Assembly: GCA_003222535.1 (NCBI GenBank)
Contig: QHWJ01000336.1
Span: 6,026 to 70,025, forward strand
Length of the DNA: 64,000 nucleotides
Direction: 5' to 3'
Source of the DNA: Acidobacteriota bacterium
Lineage (GTDB): Bacteria > Acidobacteriota > Vicinamibacteria > Vicinamibacterales > CAVVIG01
Shown here: piece after piece, positions 52,141 to 61,924 of the stretch
Layout: the number at the start of each line of letters is the position of its first letter
How positions within the stretch are numbered: the first letter of the stretch is position 1
Translations under genes and position numbers: made by a program
Notes under the pieces: model-generated
The model's input: only the letters and a program-made list of their open reading frames with translations
What the model was told of the DNA's origin: nothing
Database searches by the model: none

Positions 52141-54042
52141 ATGCGGGAAACCCGTCGCCTCTTCTGGGCGACCGTCTGGCTCGCGATCGCGCTCATCGCC
52201 GTCAAGGCGTTTTACCTCGGCGTGCCCGCCGTGCGCACGCCGACCGCCGGTTGGGACTATCTGCGCGATCTTGCGGCCATCTCGTTTGTCGATGTGCTGC
52301 TCGCGGGAGGCGTCTGGGCCTGCGGGCGTGCCGCCCTCCGGATTTCCGGGGACCGGCGTGGGGCGACGCGGGCCGTCACCGCCGCCGTTCTTGCGTTTTC
52401 GGCCTTTTCCTGTGTCTATGAGCTGGCCAGCGTCTTCTTCTTTGGCGTGTTCGGCGGGTTCCTGACCTACCCCCTGCTCGCGCTGGTCGGCGACGTGCGC
52501 ATGCTGCGCTCGTCGGTCACCGCCCAGGTGACGATCTACAACCTGTTCGGTCTTGCGGGCCTGCCGCTCGTGTATCTCGCTCTTGTCCACGGCACGATGC
52601 GCGGGACGAAAGCGAGCTCGGGCCCGTGGTGGCGGCCTCGGGGCATCGCGCTGGCGGCGCTCGGTGTGTTGTGGGTGCTGCTTGGACAGCAGTTCTTCGC
52701 CAGGGAATGGACCACCCGGCGTGACCGGCAGGTGGCCGGGAATCCGCAGTGGGTGTTCGTCTCGTCGTGGTGGCGGGCGGTCGCGGGAGAAGGCGCCGTC
52801 CGCATGGCCGATCGGTTCACCCCTGCCGACCTGACGGATTTCGAGCCGGTCAGGCGCCACGCGCGGGCCGGGCGCCAGCAGGCCGCCAGGCGTCCGCCGA
52901 ACGTGATCCTGATCGTGCTCGAATCGGTCGCCGCCCGGTGGACGAGCCTGAACCGCGGCCTCTACGACTCGACGCCGAACCTCAAAGCCGAGTCGGCGCG
53001 GGGTCTGGTGCACGACAACTTCTACGCCCACATCGGACGAAGCTCGAACTCCCTGGGCTCGATCCTGCTGTCCGCCTATCCCAAGCTCAATTTCCGCGAC
53101 CTCACGGAAGAGTACCCGCGCCTGCCGGGCACGTCGCTCGCGTCGGTGTTTCACGATCGCGGCTATCGAACGGCGTTTTTCACGCCGAGCAATCTGGACT
53201 GGGCGGCGTGGGACACGTTCCTCGATCGACGGGGCTTCGGAAATCTGATCGACGATCACGCCCTTCCCTGCGCGACGTTGCTCTCGTCCTGGGGCGTCGA
53301 AGATCGCTGCATGGTGGACGGGATGCTCCAGTTCATCGAGCGGGAGCCGGCGCGCCCGTTTTTCCTCATGGCGTGGAGCCAGCAGACGCACCATCCGTAC
53401 GAGCCGACGCCTGGCGTCCCGCTGCTGGGCTTCGTGCGCGAGACGGTGACCGACCAATACGATCTCGAGCGGTATCTGAACGTCCTGCACGAAACCGATC
53501 GCCACCTCGGCCGGTTGTTCGACGCGATCCGTCGCGCCGGCCTCGACCAGGACACGCTCGTCGTCGTCACCGGCGATCACGGGCAGGCGTTCGGCGATCC
53601 GCACGACAGTTACATGCAGGGCCGGACGGTGTACGAGGAGGACGTCAAGGTTCCGCTGCTGATCTGGTACCCGCGGCTCTACCAGTCGGCGACGCGGGCA
53701 TCGACCATCGGCGGTCATGTCGATGTGGCGCCGACCATCGCGGACCTCGCGGGGGTTCCGGCCGCGTCCGACTGGCAGGGACGCAGTCTCTTCGACCCGG
53801 AGCATGCGCCGCGCGCCTACTTCTACGTGGCCGAGGATCATTTCGCGCTCGGGATGCGCGAAGGCAACTGGAAGTACATCGTCGACCTGCGTGCAGGCAC
53901 CGAGGAGCTGTACGACCTCGACCGCGATCCGACCGAGCAGCACAACCTCGCGACCCGACAGCCCGAGCGCTGCGCCCGGCTGCGGCAGCGGCTGGCGGCG
54001 TGGACCGACGCCAACCGGCGGCAGTACGACAAGGTGAGGTGA
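52141..54042 (+). CDS. LTA-synthase-like sulfatase-domain membrane protein
   Basis: N-terminal multi-TM region, then the sulfatase domain NVILIVLESV...TGDHGQAFG. Confidence 0.85.
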   Translation: MRETRRLFWATVWLAIALIAVKAFYLGVPAVRTPTAGWDYLRDLAAISFVDVLLAGGVWACGRAALRISGDRRGATRAVTAAVLAFSAFSCVYELASVFFFGVFGGFLTYPLLALVGDVRMLRSSVTAQVTIYNLFGLAGLPLVYLALVHGTMRGTKASSGPWWRPRGIALAALGVLWVLLGQQFFAREWTTRRDRQVAGNPQWVFVSSWWRAVAGEGAVRMADRFTPADLTDFEPVRRHARAGRQQAARRPPNVILIVLESVAARWTSLNRGLYDSTPNLKAESARGLVHDNFYAHIGRSSNSLGSILLSAYPKLNFRDLTEEYPRLPGTSLASVFHDRGYRTAFFTPSNLDWAAWDTFLDRRGFGNLIDDHALPCATLLSSWGVEDRCMVDGMLQFIEREPARPFFLMAWSQQTHHPYEPTPGVPLLGFVRETVTDQYDLERYLNVLHETDRHLGRLFDAIRRAGLDQDTLVVVTGDHGQAFGDPHDSYMQGRTVYEEDVKVPLLIWYPRLYQSATRASTIGGHVDVAPTIADLAGVPAASDWQGRSLFDPEHAPRAYFYVAEDHFALGMREGNWKYIVDLRAGTEELYDLDRDPTEQHNLATRQPERCARLRQRLAAWTDANRRQYDKVR

Positions 54043-54058
54043 GCTGATTCCAGCCTCC

Positions 54059-54490
54059 TCAGAACGTCATGCTGAGCGCCAGAACAGCCTCCTCTTCCGA
54101 GAGCCGCGCCGCTTCAGCGGCGACGTCGCCAGGAACCCACGCCGGGAACGCGACTTCTTTGATGACGTGACGTCCCGAAGCGGTGTGAATCTCGTGCACC
54201 TGAGCGAGCCGCTTTCGCGGGAAACGCCGCGCCACGCGGACGAGCGGTGCCCAGAGACGGCGATGAACGTAGGTGATTCTGCCGTCGACGAGCCGGCACA
54301 CGAGCACGTCGCTGGAGTCGCGAACTGCACGGGTGAGCGCGAAGATCTCCTGGCTCCGGGGATGTGCCCACCAGTTCCCGCGAATGGGCGCGCCTGCGAC
54401 AGCTTGCGCCAGTGACGGCACCGGGCCAGAGGCCGCTTCGAGGACCACGCCGTGCTTGCGCACGAAGTCAACCGCCTGGTGTGGCGTCAT
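54059..54490 (-). CDS. hypothetical protein (143 aa)
   Basis: Start taken at MTPHQAVDFVRKHGVV. No family recognised with confidence. Confidence 0.45.
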   Translation of the reverse strand: MTPHQAVDFVRKHGVVLEAASGPVPSLAQAVAGAPIRGNWWAHPRSQEIFALTRAVRDSSDVLVCRLVDGRITYVHRRLWAPLVRVARRFPRKRLAQVHEIHTASGRHVIKEVAFPAWVPGDVAAEAARLSEEEAVLALSMTF

Positions 54491-54781
54491 ACGAGCTCTC
54501 GCGCGGCCGGCATGCGTGTCGACGCGAATCGACCGAGCTTCAAGCTGAACCCTCACGGGTCGCGCACATCCTGGTGAAACCGCACCGCGATTGGCCACGC
54601 GGATTATACGATCAGCGCCGGCACGACTTCGATTCCCGGCGAGAGCTGCTCAAACTGATCCGGTCCGCCGGCGTCGTGGCGGCGGGACTGAGTGCGGCAG
54701 GCCTTCCGGCCTGCTCAAGAGAGTGATGGGCCTGCCAAGTTCGTTCGAGGACACGTGCAAGTGCTGGTAGAGTGGCACCTG

Positions 54782-56404
54782 ATGACGCGGGCGTTGATTG
54801 CCGCGCTTGCTCTGACCGCATGGGCCGCACCGGCCGTCGCCGACACCTACCCACGGCAGCCGGGCGTCGATGCCTGGCACTACGTGTTCCGGGTCGAGCT
54901 GTCCGACACGAGCCCGGACATCATCGGAGAGGCGACGGTCGATCTCCTCTTCACGAAAGACGGCGTCAGCCGGGTCGCGCTCGACCTCGCGTCGGCCGCG
55001 AACGGCAAGGGCATGACCGTCTCGGCGGTGACGACCGGAGCAGCGCGCGTCCAGTACGTGCATCAGAATAACGTGCTGACGTTGACGCTGCCGTCGCCGT
55101 CCACATCGGGCCGCCACGGGATCTTCACGATCGCGTACCGCGGCGCGCCGGCCAACGGCCTGCGCCTCCTTCAGAACAAGTACGGCGAATGGTGCGCCTT
55201 CAGCGAGAATTGGCCGAACCGGGCGCGCGAGTGGCTGCCGACGATCGATCATCCGTCGGACAAAGCCACGAGCGAGCTCATCGTCACCGCCCCGTCGCGG
55301 TACCAGGTGGTCGCCAACGGACTTCTCCAGGAAGAGACCGCGCTCGGCGATGGACGGACGCGGACGCACTGGAAGCAGTCGGTGCCGATCGCGTCGTGGC
55401 TGAACGCGATTGGCGTCGAGCAGTTCGACATCCATCACGCGGGACAGGTCAGCGGCGTCGAGCTGCAGACCTGGGTCGCGCACCAGGATGCCGACGCCGG
55501 CCGGGTGTACTTCGAAGGGCCGGCGCGCCAGGCCATCGACTTCTACAGCGAGCACGTCGGCCCGTATCCGTACGAAAAGCTGGCCAACGTGGCGGCCGCC
55601 GGCATCACCGGCGGCGTCGAGCACGCGAGCGCCATCTTCTACGGCGAGCGCGGGCTCGGCGCCGCGCCCGCCACGAATCTCGTGGCGCACGAGATCGCGC
55701 ACCAGTGGTTCGGCGACGCCGTCACCGAGTCCGACTGGGACGATGTCTGGCTGAGTGAAGGATTCGCGACGTACTTCACGCTGCTCTTCACCGAGCACTA
55801 TTCAGGCCGCGACGCGTTCGTGACCGGGCTCACGGCGAGCCGCGCGCGCGCGATCGCGACCGAGAAGTCGCTGCCCGGCATCAGCGTCATCCACGACAAC
55901 CTCGCTGACATGACCCAGGTGCTCAACCAGCTCGTCTACCAGAAGGGCGGATGGGTGCTGCACATGCTGCGCGGGGTCGTCGGCACCGACGCCTTCTGGG
56001 CCGGGATTCGCGACTACTACCGGCGGTACCGCGACCGCAATGTGTCGACCGACGATTTCCGCCGTGTCATGGAGGCTGCTTCGCGACAGGATCTCGCCTG
56101 GTTCTTCGATCAGTGGCTGAAGCGTTCCACGTCGCCGTCGTTCGAGGGCGGCTGGCGCTACAACCCGACGGCCAGACGGATCGAGGTCGAGCTGAACCAG
56201 ACGCAGGCGGGCGAAGCCTACCGCGTGCCGGTGGAATTCGGCATCACGTCGGCCGGCGAGCCGGCGATGCGAATCGAACGCGTGGTGATGACGGAGAAGG
56301 GAAGTCGCTACACGATTGCGGCGGACACGGAACCGGTGGCAGTCGCCTTCGATCCGAACACGTGGCTCCTGATGACCGGGGCGACGTTTCGAAAGCTTCC
56401 GTGA
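54782..56404 (+). CDS. M1-family metallopeptidase (aminopeptidase N-like) with signal peptide
   Basis: HEIAHQWFGD, then WLSEGFATYF 18 residues later. Signal peptide MTRALIAALALTAWAAPAVA. Confidence 0.9.
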   Translation: MTRALIAALALTAWAAPAVADTYPRQPGVDAWHYVFRVELSDTSPDIIGEATVDLLFTKDGVSRVALDLASAANGKGMTVSAVTTGAARVQYVHQNNVLTLTLPSPSTSGRHGIFTIAYRGAPANGLRLLQNKYGEWCAFSENWPNRAREWLPTIDHPSDKATSELIVTAPSRYQVVANGLLQEETALGDGRTRTHWKQSVPIASWLNAIGVEQFDIHHAGQVSGVELQTWVAHQDADAGRVYFEGPARQAIDFYSEHVGPYPYEKLANVAAAGITGGVEHASAIFYGERGLGAAPATNLVAHEIAHQWFGDAVTESDWDDVWLSEGFATYFTLLFTEHYSGRDAFVTGLTASRARAIATEKSLPGISVIHDNLADMTQVLNQLVYQKGGWVLHMLRGVVGTDAFWAGIRDYYRRYRDRNVSTDDFRRVMEAASRQDLAWFFDQWLKRSTSPSFEGGWRYNPTARRIEVELNQTQAGEAYRVPVEFGITSAGEPAMRIERVVMTEKGSRYTIAADTEPVAVAFDPNTWLLMTGATFRKLP

Positions 56405-56458
56405 CCATGGATCGCCGCGCCCGCTGCATCGCTTCAACGGGGCGACGGATTCGAGGAC

Positions 56459-56522
56459 TCTCAAATCCTCAAATCCTCAAATCCCCAGATCCTTAGATCC
56501 TCAGATCCTCGAAGCTCCTGAT
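56459..56522. repeat. tandem 8-nt array (CCTCAAAT / CCTCAGAT variants, ~8 units)
   Basis: Read directly. The array abuts the TGA (56522-56524) of the minus-strand TonB receptor gene. Confidence 0.85.
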
Positions 56523-59299
56523 CAGAAGTTGACGCTGAATCCCACGCGCACGATACGCGGCGCCAGAATCTGCTGCGGCACGAGGTATGAGCCGCCCACC
56601 GCCGAGGTCAACGCCACGACCGCCGCGGAATTGTTGATGTTGAAGAAATCCACCTGCGGCACGATCCGGCGCCCCTGTCCGAACCTGAATGCCCGGGAGA
56701 TGCGCACGTCCGCCGTCGTCACCGTCGGCAGCCGTTCGTCGCCGCGCGCGCTCAGGAAAACCGTCTGGGTCCCTCGCGTGAGTGGGACTACTGACGCCAC
56801 CGCCGCCCGTGACGCCGAATACGTCGAGGCGTACGGACCGCCGCCGTTCGCAAGCAGGCCGCCGGCGATCAGCACCTCGCCCGGCAACTGGTAGCTGCCG
56901 GAGAGTCTGTACCCGACTTTGATATCGAGGCCGACAACGCCGCTCGAGTAGAGCGTATTGTTCGGGTCATTGAGATCAACGGTCGCTGATTGACCGGTGG
57001 CGGCAGCGCTCGTGTTGGTTACGACGCCACCTTTGTTCTTCCCGAACGTGATGCCCGTCACCATCTGCCAGCGATGAGACATCCGCTTGGTGGCCGAGAT
57101 CTCAACGCCGTTGTAGCTGGTGTCGAGGTACGGCTGGTTGTCCACCACGTTGTTCTGAAGCCCCAGGAATGCAGGAATCAGGTTGTACAGGGTTGCCGTG
57201 GTTGCACCGTTCGGTCCGTTCGGCACGCTGATGGTCACCGGGGTGTACGCGCTCGACGGCGCCGCGACGTTCCGGAGGCCGATCTGATCGCGGTTCGTCC
57301 GGTGGTAGTACATGACGGCGACGCGCATGTCCCTCATCACCTGGCGTTCGATGCCAGCTGTGACCTCGTCCGAGTACGGCCATCTGGGGCCGGACGTCGA
57401 GTTCGCGTAGTGGCTCGTCAGGCCGGGGTAACCCTGACACCCGCTGATCTCGCTCGATTGGGCGATGACGTCGTTGTTCGGATCGGTCCACGTGCACAGC
57501 TGGAAATCCGACTGAAGGGGGTTCACGTTCAGCACGCGGTCGATGCCGACCTGCAGGCCGTATCGGCTGTAGCTGGCCTTGAGCGCGGTTCTGCCGTCAG
57601 CCATCGGATCGAACACCAATCCGGTGCGCCACACGGCGAGGTTCTGCTTGATCGGGCTTGTTTCCGGGAGCGTTTTCGCCTCGACGAACAGACCGCCCGC
57701 GGTGGACTGCGCCGGCAGCGTTCCGACGTTGTGATCGTACCGGAGGCCGAGGTTGACTGTCAGCCGGCTGTTCACGTTCCACGAATCCTGCAGGAAGAGC
57801 CCCAGGACCTTGTCGACGTTGATGGCGCGGGTCGGGGTGTTGTATTCCCGAACCTGGGTCGCACGGCCGCCGGTGTAGAGCAGGTACAGGGAGTTGAGCA
57901 CGTCGTACTGGTCGTCGAAGTACAGACGCGCGAACTGCACGCCGCCCTTGAACAGGTGGTCGCCGCCCCATCCCGACTTCACCATGGACACCGTGTTGTC
58001 GAATTGAAGCCGGGAATTGGGGTTTTCTTCGTGGCGTGCCGCAGCGTTGGCCGAGATGTTTGCCGTGGCGTCTTCGATGCGGACCGCGTTGGCCGGCGTG
58101 CCGGGCTGGTACAGATAGTTCGTCCGGCCACTCATGACGCTGAACGACGACTCGTATACCAGCTTGTTACGGATCCCGGTGTACTTCGCCTGCGTCGAGG
58201 AGGCGGGGTTGGTCTGCACCAGCGAGGCGATGTCGGGCGTGTTCAGGACGCCGTCTCTCCTGTGGCCTCGGACCTTGTTGTCCCAGTTGTACGAAAACGT
58301 CACCTTCTGATTGCGATCCAGCGAGGCCACAGCCTTGCCCGAGTAGTTACGGAGGGTGTTGTCGTCGATGGCCTGCGTGCCGTCGATATTCTTGGCGCTC
58401 ACGAGCTTGTCGACGACCCAGCGCCGAACAGAACCATTCACCCACACACGATCCTTGACCAGCGCGCCGCCGCCCGCGAGGTTGAAGTCGTAGGTCCGCT
58501 TCGTCGGATTGCCCAGGAATGTTTTCGGCAGCGTGCCGTCGGCGATGCCAGGCCCGTAGTTGTCGCTCTCCAGACACCCTGGTGTCGGTGCGGCCGGACT
58601 GAGACAGCCGCTGGAGTACGAGTATCGCGAGTCGCCGCGCCACTTGTTCCCGGCGTCCTTCGTCACCATGTTGATCGAGACACCGCCCGCCATCACTTCG
58701 GCGGGTATCGCGGACGTCATGTAGTTCATCTCCTCGAACATCCCCTGGTCGTAGTACAGCATCGTCGACCCGCCGCCACCGCCGGGCCAGTTCACGGTCG
58801 CGCCGTCGATGTTGAAGCTGACGTCGGCGGTGCTCGATCCATGGGCCGAAAAACTGCTTTGCTGATACGACTGCGTCCCCTGCGTCAACACGGTCTGTTG
58901 CACGTTCGATTTGGTGTCGACCGTGGGCGACTCGCCGCTGACGGTAATCGTCTCGCTGACGCTTCCCACTTCGAGCTTCGGGCTGACCGTCGCGACGAAC
59001 GACGCGCTCACGCGAATGTCGTCTCGCTCGATCGTCCGGAACCCTGACAGCTCGAACTTGACGTTGTAGGCGCCGGGCGGCAGCCGGTCGAACCGGTAGT
59101 TGCCGGTCGCATCGGTGATTTGCGTCTGAACGCCGCCGATCAGCTTCTCGCCCGACAGCGACACGGTTGCTCCAGGAAGCACCGCGCCGCTGCTGTCCGT
59201 CACGAGCCCGGTAATCGATCCGGTCTGGACCTGCGCGTATGCTGCGCCAGCTGCCAGCACGCAGAGGGCGCACAGCAATATCCGTTTTGTCGTAATCAT
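56522..59299 (-). CDS. TonB-dependent receptor with an N-terminal CarboxypepD_reg domain
   Basis: GSITGLVTDSSGAVLPGATVSL...TGNYRFDRLPPGAYNVKF, a beta-barrel body and C-terminal VGFSVNF. Start taken at MITTKRILL. Confidence 0.85.
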   Translation of the reverse strand: MITTKRILLCALCVLAAGAAYAQVQTGSITGLVTDSSGAVLPGATVSLSGEKLIGGVQTQITDATGNYRFDRLPPGAYNVKFELSGFRTIERDDIRVSASFVATVSPKLEVGSVSETITVSGESPTVDTKSNVQQTVLTQGTQSYQQSSFSAHGSSTADVSFNIDGATVNWPGGGGGSTMLYYDQGMFEEMNYMTSAIPAEVMAGGVSINMVTKDAGNKWRGDSRYSYSSGCLSPAAPTPGCLESDNYGPGIADGTLPKTFLGNPTKRTYDFNLAGGGALVKDRVWVNGSVRRWVVDKLVSAKNIDGTQAIDDNTLRNYSGKAVASLDRNQKVTFSYNWDNKVRGHRRDGVLNTPDIASLVQTNPASSTQAKYTGIRNKLVYESSFSVMSGRTNYLYQPGTPANAVRIEDATANISANAAARHEENPNSRLQFDNTVSMVKSGWGGDHLFKGGVQFARLYFDDQYDVLNSLYLLYTGGRATQVREYNTPTRAINVDKVLGLFLQDSWNVNSRLTVNLGLRYDHNVGTLPAQSTAGGLFVEAKTLPETSPIKQNLAVWRTGLVFDPMADGRTALKASYSRYGLQVGIDRVLNVNPLQSDFQLCTWTDPNNDVIAQSSEISGCQGYPGLTSHYANSTSGPRWPYSDEVTAGIERQVMRDMRVAVMYYHRTNRDQIGLRNVAAPSSAYTPVTISVPNGPNGATTATLYNLIPAFLGLQNNVVDNQPYLDTSYNGVEISATKRMSHRWQMVTGITFGKNKGGVVTNTSAAATGQSATVDLNDPNNTLYSSGVVGLDIKVGYRLSGSYQLPGEVLIAGGLLANGGGPYASTYSASRAAVASVVPLTRGTQTVFLSARGDERLPTVTTADVRISRAFRFGQGRRIVPQVDFFNINNSAAVVALTSAVGGSYLVPQQILAPRIVRVGFSVNF

Positions 59300-59392
59300 T
59301 TGTCTCCTCGCTTGCACTGCCGGCTGCTACAAGCCCGTTCGGCGACAATACGTGTCAGCCGGAGCAACGTCAAGACCGTATACTGGACGCGC

Positions 59393-61804
59393 ATGACGAA
59401 GCTCGCGTTGATCCTGGCGGGATTCGGGTTTTTGGGTTTGTGTGTATCAGCTGGGCCGCAGACGCCACAAACCGCTCCGGCAAACGCCGAAAACGCGCTC
59501 ATCAAGCAGTACTGCGTGACGTGTCACAACGACCGAACGAAGCCGGGCGGCCTTTCGCTCGCATCCTTCGAAGTGTCGGACGCAGCCCGGCACGCGCCGG
59601 AAGCCGAGAAGATGATCCGGAAGCTTCGCGCCGGGATGATGCCGCCGTCCGGCGCGCGGCGTCCGGAGGAGCCCGCGCTCCTTGCGCTGGCCGAGGCGCT
59701 CGAGACACGCATCGACCAGGCGGCGGCGCTCGACCCGAACCCGGGCTGGCGGCCGTTTCAGCGGCTCAACCGCGCCGAGTACGCGCGCGCCATCAAGGCG
59801 CTGCTCGCCATCGAGGTGGATCCCGACGCGTTCCTTCCTCCCGACACGATCAGCCAGGGCTACGACAACGTCGCCGACGTGCAGGCGTTCTCGCCGGCGC
59901 TGATGGAGGGGTACCTTCGCGCCGCGAGCAAGGTGACCGCGCTGGCCGTCGGCGATCAGGACGCGGCCGCAAGCGAAGCGCGCTATCGTGTACCGAAAAC
60001 GGCGTCGCAGCTGCAGCGGGTCGACGGCGCCCCGCTCGGCACGCGCGGCGGCCTCTCGGTCGTGCACACGTTCCCGGCCGACGGCGACTATGTGTTCCGC
60101 ATGGAGCTGCACGGGAACGCGGACGGATTCCTCTTCGGCGGCCCTGCCTCCGGCGAGCAGCTCGAGCTGTCGATCGACGGCGAGCGCAGGGCGCTTCTCG
60201 GGATCGATCCGCGCATGGCCGAGGTGACGACGAGCTTGTCGCTGAAGACGCCGTCGATTCACGTCATCGCGGGCGCGCACCGGGTGACTGCCGCGTTCAT
60301 CCAGCGATTCGAAGGTCCCGTGAACGACCTCATCGCGCCAATCGATCGCACGCTGGCCGACACGCAGATCGGCGTCGCCTTCGGCATCACGACGCTGCCA
60401 CACTTGAAAGATCTGAGCATCGCCGGTCCCGAGCGCGTCACCGGCGTCTCCGACACGGCGAGCCGCCGGAGGATCTTCACCTGCCGGCCGACCGCGGCGG
60501 GCGAAGAGGCTGGCTGCGCCGCGAAGATCGTAAGAGAGCTCGCGTCGCAGGCGTTCCGGAGGCCCGCGGACGATCGCGAGCTTCAGCGGCTGATGCGGTT
60601 CTACGCGGACGGCCGGAACGAGCGCGACTTCGAGTCCGGCATCGCGTCGGCGCTCGAGGCTATTCTCGCGAGCCCGCAGTTCGTGTTCCGGCTGGAACCG
60701 GCCTTCGCTCGCGCTGAAGGCGAGCGTACCGCGGCCAGGCAGGCGGGACGGCGGCCTGCGCCGCACCCCCCCGATCGACTGACTCGAAGCGTGAGCGACC
60801 TGGAGCTCGCGTCGCGTCTCTCCTTCTTTCTGTGGGGCACGTCGCCCGACCGAGCGCTGCTGAGTATTGCGGGCCAGGGGAGGCTGACCGCGCCAGGAGT
60901 CCTCGAGAAGCAGGTCACGCGCCTGCTGACCGATCCGCGCGCCGAGGCGCTTTCGACGCGGTTTGCCGCACAGTGGCTTCGGCTGCACGACGTCGAGGCG
61001 ATGCTGCCTGACGCCCTTCTCTATCCGTACTACGATCAGACGCTGGGGCAGGCGCTGGTCCGGGAGACCGAGCTGTTCTTCGACAGCGTCGCGCGCGAGG
61101 ATCGCAGCGTGCTCGATCTGCTCACCGCGGATTACTCGTTCGTCAACGAGCGCGTTGCGCGGCACTACGGCATTCCCGACGTGGCCGGGAACGCCTTTCG
61201 ACGCGTACAAGTGCCGGATTACCGCCGTGGGCTCCTGGGGCACGGCAGCGTGCTCGTGCTCACGTCGGTGGCGGATCGGACCTCTCCCGTCATGCGCGGC
61301 AAGTGGGTCATGGAGGTGCTGCTCGGTTCGCCGCCGCCGCCGCCGCCGCCCAACGTGCCGCCGCTCGACGCGACCAGCGCGGCGCCCGCGGGCAAGCTGC
61401 TGTCGGTGCGCGAGCGCATGGAGGAACACCGCAGGAACCCGGCGTGCGCGTCGTGCCACCGCGTAATCGATCCGATTGGCCTCGCGCTCGAGAACTTCGA
61501 CGCCACCGGCAGGTGGCGCATCAAAGACAACGAAGTGCCCGTCGATGCCTCCGGCGTCCTGTACGACGGCATGAAGATCGAAGGCCCGGCGGGCCTGCGC
61601 AGCGCGCTGCTGAAGCACCAGGACGTCTTCCTGCTGACGTTCACCGAAAACCTGATGACGTACGCGCTCGGACGCCGCGTCGAGTTCTACGACATGCCGA
61701 CCGTCCGCGCGATCGTGCGCGCGGCCGGGAAGCGCGACCACCGCATGTCCGCGTTCGTGCTCGGCATCGTGAACAGTGCGGCGTTCCGCACGTCGCGGAT
61801 GTAG
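59393..61804 (+). CDS. DUF1592/DUF1587/DUF1588-family protein with cytochrome c-like CxxCH motifs
   Basis: CVTCHNDRTKPGGLSL at the N-terminus, ELASRLSFFLWGTSPD, and a second CASCH near the C-terminus. 803 aa from the internal ATG. Confidence 0.8.
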   Translation: MTKLALILAGFGFLGLCVSAGPQTPQTAPANAENALIKQYCVTCHNDRTKPGGLSLASFEVSDAARHAPEAEKMIRKLRAGMMPPSGARRPEEPALLALAEALETRIDQAAALDPNPGWRPFQRLNRAEYARAIKALLAIEVDPDAFLPPDTISQGYDNVADVQAFSPALMEGYLRAASKVTALAVGDQDAAASEARYRVPKTASQLQRVDGAPLGTRGGLSVVHTFPADGDYVFRMELHGNADGFLFGGPASGEQLELSIDGERRALLGIDPRMAEVTTSLSLKTPSIHVIAGAHRVTAAFIQRFEGPVNDLIAPIDRTLADTQIGVAFGITTLPHLKDLSIAGPERVTGVSDTASRRRIFTCRPTAAGEEAGCAAKIVRELASQAFRRPADDRELQRLMRFYADGRNERDFESGIASALEAILASPQFVFRLEPAFARAEGERTAARQAGRRPAPHPPDRLTRSVSDLELASRLSFFLWGTSPDRALLSIAGQGRLTAPGVLEKQVTRLLTDPRAEALSTRFAAQWLRLHDVEAMLPDALLYPYYDQTLGQALVRETELFFDSVAREDRSVLDLLTADYSFVNERVARHYGIPDVAGNAFRRVQVPDYRRGLLGHGSVLVLTSVADRTSPVMRGKWVMEVLLGSPPPPPPPNVPPLDATSAAPAGKLLSVRERMEEHRRNPACASCHRVIDPIGLALENFDATGRWRIKDNEVPVDASGVLYDGMKIEGPAGLRSALLKHQDVFLLTFTENLMTYALGRRVEFYDMPTVRAIVRAAGKRDHRMSAFVLGIVNSAAFRTSRM

Positions 61805-61915
61805 GGCGCGCCTTTCAGGCGACTGGTGTAAGGCGAGCCTTTCAGGCTCGCCAACGTGGTGTGGGGAGCCAGGCGACGGCGACCCTGAAAGGGTCGCCCT
61901 ACGTGGTGTGGGGAG
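61801..61915. repeat. three REP-like hairpins between the DUF1592 and DUF1552 genes
   Basis: GTAG-GGCGCGCC-TTTCA-GGCGAC (its TAG is the DUF1592 stop), GTAA-GGCGAGCC-TTTCA-GGCTCGCC, and GGCGACCC-TGAAA-GGGTCGCC-CTAC. The flanking sequence ACGTGGTGTGGGGAG is duplicated. Confidence 0.75.
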
Positions 61916-61924
61916 TGGAGTTGG

